Part shown: piece after piece, positions 57,925 through 64,000 of the stretch
Layout of the letters: every line of letters starts with the position of its first letter
Position numbering within the stretch: the stretch's first letter is position 1
Assembly: GCF_051953405.1 (NCBI RefSeq)
Contig: NZ_JBQCIV010000136.1
Span: forward strand, 1-64,000
DNA from: Trinickia sp.
GTDB taxonomy: Bacteria; Pseudomonadota; Gammaproteobacteria; Burkholderiales; Burkholderiaceae
DNA length: 64,000 nucleotides
Reading direction: 5' to 3'
Made by a program: the position numbers and the translations under genes
The notes under the pieces: generated by a model
What the model saw: only the letters and a program-made list of their open reading frames with translations
What the model was told of the DNA's origin: nothing
The model's database searches: none

Positions 57925-58716
57925 TTACCCGGCCGCGCCGCGCTCCTGCGCCTCGTTCTCGGGCCGGCGCTGCTCGGGAACGAGCGAATCGATCAGGGTG
58001 CGCATGCGTTTCCAATGCGATCCTTCCCAGAACACGCGCCGGCACACGTCGCACGTCACGAACTGCGTGTGGCGCTCGAGCACGCCTTCGGGTGCGCGGC
58101 CTACCGCTTGGGCCTTATCGATTCGCCGCAGCGGCGCGTTGCACGATAGGCAAAGCCGGAACGCGCGCACGCTCCCGGCCAAGTCGAGCCGATCGACGAT
58201 TTCGCGCAGTTGCAGTTGGGGCTTGAGCGCCCTGACGTAACAGCCGTGCGTGATCGTCCGGCGCTTGAGCAGTTCGCGATCGCGCGTCAGCACGATGCGC
58301 GCTTGCTGCGTGGCCAGCGCTTCGATTTCGGCGTCGGCGAAATGATTGTCGTAGAGCGTGTCGAACCCGGCCAGCCGCAGCAATTGCGCGAGGCCGCCGA
58401 GATGCGCATCGGCGACGAACTTCACGGTGCGAAGGGGACGCTCGCGCACGCGCAGCAAGGGCGAGATGTCGAGCGCCTCGAACTTCGGATAAACGGCCAC
58501 GCGGTCGCCGTCTTCGAGCAGGCGATCGAAGCCGACCGATTCGCCGTTCACGACGATGAGTTCGACCTCGGTATGCGGAACGCCGAGCGCTTCGATCATG
58601 TGCTTCGTGGTGGCCGCATGGGCGCAGGCGCAACTGAATGCGCGAGCGCGAAGCGGCCGAGCGAGGAAATCGTTCAGCTCTTCGTAAAACCGGAACGTGG
58701 CGGTGACGGTCGGCAT
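57925..58716 (-). CDS. Mut7-C RNase-domain protein with N-terminal MoaD-like ubiquitin fold
   Basis: MPTVTATFRFYEELNDFL N-terminus and C-terminal Zn-ribbon (CxxC...CxxC). Confidence 0.65.
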   Translation of the reverse strand: MPTVTATFRFYEELNDFLARPLRARAFSCACAHAATTKHMIEALGVPHTEVELIVVNGESVGFDRLLEDGDRVAVYPKFEALDISPLLRVRERPLRTVKFVADAHLGGLAQLLRLAGFDTLYDNHFADAEIEALATQQARIVLTRDRELLKRRTITHGCYVRALKPQLQLREIVDRLDLAGSVRAFRLCLSCNAPLRRIDKAQAVGRAPEGVLERHTQFVTCDVCRRVFWEGSHWKRMRTLIDSLVPEQRRPENEAQERGAAG

Positions 58717-58829
58717 GGCACGAGTATGGCACCGACGGTGCGCACGTGTGTGTGCGCGTCCCCGGTGCATTTTCGGCAGATTTTCGGCAACCGTGCTCTA
58801 CTGCGAATCTTTGAGCGAAGGAGCGAACG

Positions 58830-59699
58830 ATGGACATCGGCTTTATCGGCCTCGGCAACATGGGGCACGCAATCGTCGAAAACATGTTGAAAGCGGGCCA
58901 CCGCGTGCGCGTCTGGAATCGCACGCGCGAACGTGCCGAACCGCTCGCGGCGCTCGGCGCGCATATCGTCGCCGAGCCGGCGCAGGCGTTCGCCGGCGAT
59001 GCGGTGTTTTCGATGCTCGCGGACGATGCGGCCATGACCGAAGTGATCGACGCGGCACTGCTCGAAGGCGCCGAGCGCGGTCTCGTGCACGTCAATATGG
59101 CGACCGTGTCGGTTGCCTTGGCCGAGGCGATGGCGCGCGAACACGCCGCCCGGGGCATCCATTATGTCGCCGCGCCGGTCATGGGGCGGCCCGACGTGGC
59201 CGCCGCGGGCAAGCTGACGATCATGGCGGCGGGCCCCGCCGAAGCCGTGGACCGCGTGCAGCCCATCTTCGATGTCATCGGCCAAAAGACGTGTCGCATC
59301 GGCTCGCTGCCGCAGCATGCCAACGTCATCAAGCTCGCGGCCAATTTTGCGCTGGCCTCGGCGATCGAAACGCTAGGAGAGGCCGCATCGCTGCTGGCCG
59401 GACACGGGGTGGCGATGACCGACTATCTCGACGTCATCACCGCTAGCGTTTTTCCCGGCCCCGTCTATGCCGGCTACGGCAAATTGATTGCCGAACAGCG
59501 TTACGAGCCCGCGATGTTCAAAGCCCGGCTCGGCCTGAAGGATGTACGGCTGGCGCTGGCGGCGGCCGAAGCGACGTCGACCCCCATGCCGCTCGCGAGC
59601 CTCCTACGCGACAACCTGCTCGAGGTCATGGCACGCGGCGAAGGCGAGAAGGATTTCGCCGTGCTCGGCGAAGTGGCGGCACGTCGCGCGGGACGCTAA
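58830..59699 (+). CDS. NAD(P)-dependent 3-hydroxyisobutyrate dehydrogenase-like oxidoreductase
   Basis: GFIGLGNMG Rossmann motif. Confidence 0.85.
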   Translation: MDIGFIGLGNMGHAIVENMLKAGHRVRVWNRTRERAEPLAALGAHIVAEPAQAFAGDAVFSMLADDAAMTEVIDAALLEGAERGLVHVNMATVSVALAEAMAREHAARGIHYVAAPVMGRPDVAAAGKLTIMAAGPAEAVDRVQPIFDVIGQKTCRIGSLPQHANVIKLAANFALASAIETLGEAASLLAGHGVAMTDYLDVITASVFPGPVYAGYGKLIAEQRYEPAMFKARLGLKDVRLALAAAEATSTPMPLASLLRDNLLEVMARGEGEKDFAVLGEVAARRAGR

Positions 59700-59904
59700 A
59701 CGCCGAATGCTGAATGCTGAATGCTGAATGGGCCACCTTGCAGGGCGGCGGCTCGCATGCCCGACTCGCAAGCGAGCGCGCCGCGAATTCGTAGACGAAT
59801 TTCCGTAGGCCCGGGTGCGTTGCGCGGCGATTCATGACGCATCCGTCGATGGCGGATCGAGCGCATAATCGCCGCTTCCCCCTGCTTATCGGAGCCTTAG
59901 CGTC

Positions 59905-60549
59905 ATGAGTTTGCATACGTGGTGGCTGTTCGTCGCGACCGTCTTCGTCATTTCCGCCATTCCCGGGCCCAATATGCTCGTCGTCATGACGACGAGCGCC
60001 CAGCACACGATCCGTCGCGCGACGGCAACCATGGCCGGTTGTTTGTCGGCGCTCGTGCTCATGTTGTCGATCTCGGCCGCCGGGCTGGGCGTCTTCCTCA
60101 AGGCGTGGCCCACGATGTTCGATGCGCTGCGCCTGATCGGCGCCGCGTACCTGATCTATCTCGGCGTGAAGTCCTGGCGCGCGAAAGTCGACACCGCCCC
60201 GAGCGCGGAAGCATTGGCGGAGCAAGACGGCGCCGCAAAACCGGTACGTTCGCTCGGCGCGCTTTATCGCAACGGCTTTCTCGTCGCGAGCAGCAACCCG
60301 AAGGCGATCTTGTTCGCCGCTGCGCTGCTGCCCCAATTCATCGATGCATCGAAGGCGACGCTGCCCCAGTTCTGCGTGCTCGTCGCCACGTTCGCGGTCA
60401 TCGAGGTGAGTTGGTACCTCGTCTATGCGCTGTGCGGTGCGCGGATCGGCTCGACGCTCAAGAGCGGACGCGTGGCGCGCGCATTCAACCGGCTCACCGG
60501 CGGCGTGTTCGTCGGTTTCGGCGCGATGATGGCGTTCGTACGGCACTGA
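59905..60549 (+). CDS. LysE/RhtB-family amino-acid exporter
   Basis: ISAIPGPNML motif, 6 TMS. Confidence 0.85.
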   Translation: MSLHTWWLFVATVFVISAIPGPNMLVVMTTSAQHTIRRATATMAGCLSALVLMLSISAAGLGVFLKAWPTMFDALRLIGAAYLIYLGVKSWRAKVDTAPSAEALAEQDGAAKPVRSLGALYRNGFLVASSNPKAILFAAALLPQFIDASKATLPQFCVLVATFAVIEVSWYLVYALCGARIGSTLKSGRVARAFNRLTGGVFVGFGAMMAFVRH

Positions 60550-60593
60550 TTGCGAAGGCGATGCCTTACGCCTTGTGCCTTACACCCTAGGCG

Positions 60594-61907
60594 CTATTCG
60601 TGCGCGCCGGGCATGAGTCCCAGCGCGAACGCCGTGGCGGCGAAGGCGAGTCCCACGATGCAGACACCGCTCCATCCGAGCCACGCCCAGGCTGCGCCGG
60701 CGGCCGATGCGCCGACCGCTCCGCCGATAAAGAAAATGCCTACGAAAAGGCCGTTAAGCCGGCCTCGCGCGGCGGGGTTCAGTAAATTGATCGCGCGGCG
60801 GCCGAGCGTCTGATCGGTGACGACGCCGGCATCGAGTGTCGCCGCGCCGATCACGAGACACGCGATCGCCAGGCCCCGGTGCGCGCTCGCATCGAAGCCG
60901 AACCACCCGGCCCCGGCGATCCCGCACGCCACGAGCGCCGTCAGCATGCTCGCATGGCCGAAAACGAGCGCGGCGCGGCCGAACCGTTTGTCTCCGGCCC
61001 ATCCCGCGAGCGGGGTTGCGACCACACCCGCCGCCCCGGCCAACGCGAACAGCGCGATGTCGTAGAAGCTGAAGCCGAACGGGCGCTGCGCGAGCCGCAG
61101 TCCGATCGCCGTCCAAAACGCGCTGAACGCGCCCATCGCCAACGCGGCCGATAGCGCGCGGCGCTGCAACACCCGTTCGCCTGCGAGCAGGGTCCACAGC
61201 GAACGCAGCAACGTCCCATAGCTTGTCGGCGCGAGCGGCATGCGGTGCGGCAGCCGCGTGGCCAGCACGAGTGCGAGCAGGGCGTCGGCGGCGGCCGCGA
61301 CGCCGTAGAAGGCGCGCCAGCCGATCGAGCCGGCAATGACGCTCGCGAGCGGGCGCGACAGCAAAATGCCGAGCATGAGCCCGCTCATCACGTTGCCGAC
61401 GGCGCGTCCGCGCCGCGCCTCGGCGGCCATCGACGCCGCCATCGGCACGAGCATCTGGATCACGCTCGAGGTTGCGCCGGCGAAGAGCAGCGCGGCGAGA
61501 AAGAGACGACCGTCGTGCGCGACCATGGCCAGCGCCAGGCATGCCGCGCACGCCCAGAGCGTGCGCACGATGAGCCGGCGGTTTTCGATGAGATCGGTGA
61601 GCGGCACCAGCAAGACGAGCCCGAGCGCGTAGCCGAGCTGGGGCAGCATCGCGATCGCGCCCGTCAGCGAGCGCGTCAGCCCGAGTGCATGTTGGATAGG
61701 TCCGGTCAGCGGCTGCGCGGCGAACAGATTCATGACGATGATGCCGGTTGCCGCGGCGAACAAGAACGTCAGCGGCATCGTCAGCGTGTCGGCACTTGGC
61801 GTGAGTGCGCCGGGATCGCCAGGCGCGGCGGCCGGCGGGTAGAACTCGGTGGAGTCTGCGGGGCGATTCATAGCGGAATTCGAGTGAGCAATGGATGGAA
61901 CGCTCAT
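60594..61907 (-). CDS. MFS transporter (start uncertain; alternative ATG at 61871)
   Basis: 12-TMS MFS pattern; divergent from a LysR gene. Confidence 0.75.
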   Translation of the reverse strand: MSVPSIAHSNSAMNRPADSTEFYPPAAAPGDPGALTPSADTLTMPLTFLFAAATGIIVMNLFAAQPLTGPIQHALGLTRSLTGAIAMLPQLGYALGLVLLVPLTDLIENRRLIVRTLWACAACLALAMVAHDGRLFLAALLFAGATSSVIQMLVPMAASMAAEARRGRAVGNVMSGLMLGILLSRPLASVIAGSIGWRAFYGVAAAADALLALVLATRLPHRMPLAPTSYGTLLRSLWTLLAGERVLQRRALSAALAMGAFSAFWTAIGLRLAQRPFGFSFYDIALFALAGAAGVVATPLAGWAGDKRFGRAALVFGHASMLTALVACGIAGAGWFGFDASAHRGLAIACLVIGAATLDAGVVTDQTLGRRAINLLNPAARGRLNGLFVGIFFIGGAVGASAAGAAWAWLGWSGVCIVGLAFAATAFALGLMPGAHE

Positions 61908-61969
61908 CGTAGGGGCTCGATCTTTATGCGACAATTGAAAGATGTCGATATTGATTATGCGGAGTTGTT

Positions 61970-62908
61970 TTGAATACGCGAGATCTACAGGCATTCGTGG
62001 AAGTCATCGACAGCGGCTCGATGGTGCGCGCCGCGGCGAAGTTGCACCTCACTCAGCCGGGGCTGACGCGGCGCGTGCAGAACCTCGAGACGACGCTGGG
62101 CGTGCCGCTGCTGGATCGGCAGAGTAAGCCGTTGAAGCCGACCGGCGCGGGCAAGGAAGTCTATGGGCTTGCCCGTGCGGTGCTGCGCAGCGTCGACGAT
62201 CTTCTGGCCGTCGCCGCGCCCGGCAGCGAGCCGGCCGGCGAGCTGAAAATCGGTGTGCCGCCGTTCCTGTCCGAGCTGGCGTTGGAGACGCCGATCGACC
62301 GGTTGCGCGCGGCGTTTCCGCGCCTCACGCTGCGGGTCACGGCGGCCTGGTCGCCCGCGTTGCTCGAACGTGCGATGCGAGCGGAGGTGGATGCGGCTGT
62401 CGTCATGACGCCGACGACCGTCGCGTTGCCGGAGACGGTCACGGCGACGCTGCTCGCGGTGCAACCGACGGTGATCGTCGCGGCGCGCACGCTCGAATTG
62501 CTGCGCAAGAGCGGGAATGCCGGCAAGGCGCGAGGGGTGCCGCGTTTCACGCTGGCGGAACTCGCCCGCTATCCGTGGGTGCTCAGTCAAGATGGTTGTG
62601 GCATGCGTACGGCGCTCGGCCGGGCGCTCGGCGCCGCTTCGTTGCGTTTCGAAATCGCTGTGGAGGCGTTCGGCTCCGAGCTGCAGCTCTCGCTGGTGGC
62701 GCGAGGCGTGGGCCTGGGCATCGTCACGCCGAAGCAGCTAGCCGCGAGCGCATACAAGGATGCGCTGCAGATCGTCGAGGCGCCCGAGTTTTCGGGCGGC
62801 TTGAACGTCTGGCTCGTCCACGGCACGCTGCCGGGCCGGCTCATGCGGCCGTTGGCGCTGTTGCGCGAAACGCTCGTCGACGCGCTCGCGCAAACCGACA
62901 ATCAATAG
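61970..62908 (+). CDS. LysR-family transcriptional regulator
   Basis: LQAFVEVIDSGSMVRAAAKLHLTQPGLTRRVQNLE. Confidence 0.85.
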   Translation: MNTRDLQAFVEVIDSGSMVRAAAKLHLTQPGLTRRVQNLETTLGVPLLDRQSKPLKPTGAGKEVYGLARAVLRSVDDLLAVAAPGSEPAGELKIGVPPFLSELALETPIDRLRAAFPRLTLRVTAAWSPALLERAMRAEVDAAVVMTPTTVALPETVTATLLAVQPTVIVAARTLELLRKSGNAGKARGVPRFTLAELARYPWVLSQDGCGMRTALGRALGAASLRFEIAVEAFGSELQLSLVARGVGLGIVTPKQLAASAYKDALQIVEAPEFSGGLNVWLVHGTLPGRLMRPLALLRETLVDALAQTDNQ

Positions 62909-64000
62909 GCGAAGTACGGTCCCGTGCCGCCGGGCGTCGGCGCCTGCTCGATGGCAGCGTACACGTTGCGGCCGTAGAAGAACGGCAGGCCCCAGTCGAA
63001 TACCTGCGAGCCTACGAACGCGGGACCGGCGAAGAGCGGCATCGCTGCCGCGCCGCCCGACGCTTGCCAGAGTTGCGCAGCATTGCCGACGCTGAACGTC
63101 ACCGAACTGGTGACGCCGTTCGCGCCGGTATTGACGGCGCTGAACTGCTCGGTGGCGCCGGGGCAGTAATACGCCTGATTCGGGTTGGCGCACGCGGTCA
63201 GTTGATTGGTCGAGAAGAACAGGCCCGTCGAGCCGCTGTCGATGATGCTGCCCGAGTACGTCGTGCCGTTTTCGGTGGTCGTGAACACGCCCCGCAACGG
63301 ATCGACGCCGATCACCTGCGCTTGCGCCAGGCCATTGTTGGTCTCGGTGCCGATCCCGAAAATGAGTTCCCCGCTCACGCTCGGCGCACTGCCGCTCGGT
63401 ACGGCGGGCAAACTCACGATGACGCCGTTGCCGTCGGTGCCGAAAAAGGGCACCGGGTTGGCCACTTGCAACGATTCGGCTACGGCGGTCGGCGTACAGC
63501 TCGTACCGGCGCACGCATAGTAAGTGCCGGACACCGCTTGGTTCGCGCACGCCGCGCCGCAGTCGTGCTTGAACACGCCGATGCCGAGAATCCCATTCGC
63601 GGCTAGTGCGCTCGGCGTATTGCGCGAGGCGCCCGTATTCGCACAACTGCTCGGCACCGCGGCATAGCTCGGATCGATGACTTGAATCGGCAACGAACGG
63701 GCGCGCTCGCCGCCGATTTGCACATCGGCATTGCGCACGGAGCCCCACGTATAGCCGTCGAAAAACTGCATGCATTCCGCGAGGGCGCCGCCGTTGCCGT
63801 TCGTTTGCTGGGGCAGCGAGACCGACGCCGGCAACTGAGAAGCGAACACGCGCAGCCCCCACGACCCTGTATCGACGAGCACATGGTCGATCGTTTGGCA
63901 GCTCGCGCCGCCGGGCGAGCAGACCGTCACGCTGACGAACGGCATATTGGGCACGCCGGCGATGCCGTGATCGACGCTGATCGCGGCGACATTGGCTGGC
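62902..64000 (-). CDS. 5'-truncated secreted protein with two pepsin/retropepsin-like active-site motifs (VLVDTGSWG and IIDSGSTGL). Putative two-lobed aspartic protease, DUF3443-like
   Basis: hhDTGS and hhDSGS motifs about 200 aa apart; the reading frame stays open upstream to the window edge, with no stop. Confidence 0.6.
   Translation of the reverse strand, partial: PANVAAISVDHGIAGVPNMPFVSVTVCSPGGASCQTIDHVLVDTGSWGLRVFASQLPASVSLPQQTNGNGGALAECMQFFDGYTWGSVRNADVQIGGERARSLPIQVIDPSYAAVPSSCANTGASRNTPSALAANGILGIGVFKHDCGAACANQAVSGTYYACAGTSCTPTAVAESLQVANPVPFFGTDGNGVIVSLPAVPSGSAPSVSGELIFGIGTETNNGLAQAQVIGVDPLRGVFTTTENGTTYSGSIIDSGSTGLFFSTNQLTACANPNQAYYCPGATEQFSAVNTGANGVTSSVTFSVGNAAQLWQASGGAAAMPLFAGPAFVGSQVFDWGLPFFYGRNVYAAIEQAPTPGGTGPYFAY

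Overview
This is a high-GC window that looks Burkholderiaceae-like, judged from codon usage and gene content. It splits into an accessory, defense-island-like left part (about 1-16.2 kb) and an ordinary chromosomal right part (16.2-64 kb). The left part begins with an orphan T6SS cassette (PAAR protein, a PD-(D/E)xK nuclease toxin overlapping it by ATGA, and an immunity-gene candidate). Two tandem tyrosine integrases follow; the first is P4-like with an abnormal C-terminal tail. Next comes a 3' tRNA-like fragment (anticodon stem to CCA) followed directly by a strong rho-independent terminator, which I read as an att remnant or island boundary. To its right lie a small conserved hypothetical gene, an Xre-HTH/ImmA(IrrE, M78) metallopeptidase gene overlapping a PIN-like DUF4411 gene, a complete Type I R-M operon (hsdM-hsdS-hsdR, with an unusually long HsdM) and a convergent mrr Type IV restriction gene. 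The most interesting candidate for an uncharacterized system is the Xre-ImmA + DUF4411 pair, possibly together with the upstream small gene, sitting as a leader of the R-M locus. The right part encodes Kup, MFS/DHA2 efflux pumps, a flotillin-like SPFH protein, a MoaD-like/BNR pair, ArgC, DctB/DctD, DUF29, a class III aminotransferase, a DUF2182/DUF899 pair flanked by unusual 7-mer and 12-mer tandem repeats, a bacterial TopIB, two Nramp paralogs, class I FBA, OprB porin, Mut7-C, LysE/EamA transporters, several LysR/AraC/ArsR/HxlR regulators, and a 5'-truncated pepsin-like (DTGS/DSGS) protein at the window end. No rRNA, intact tRNA or CRISPR array was found. Many of the long ORFs in the six-frame track are GC-rich antisense artefacts.
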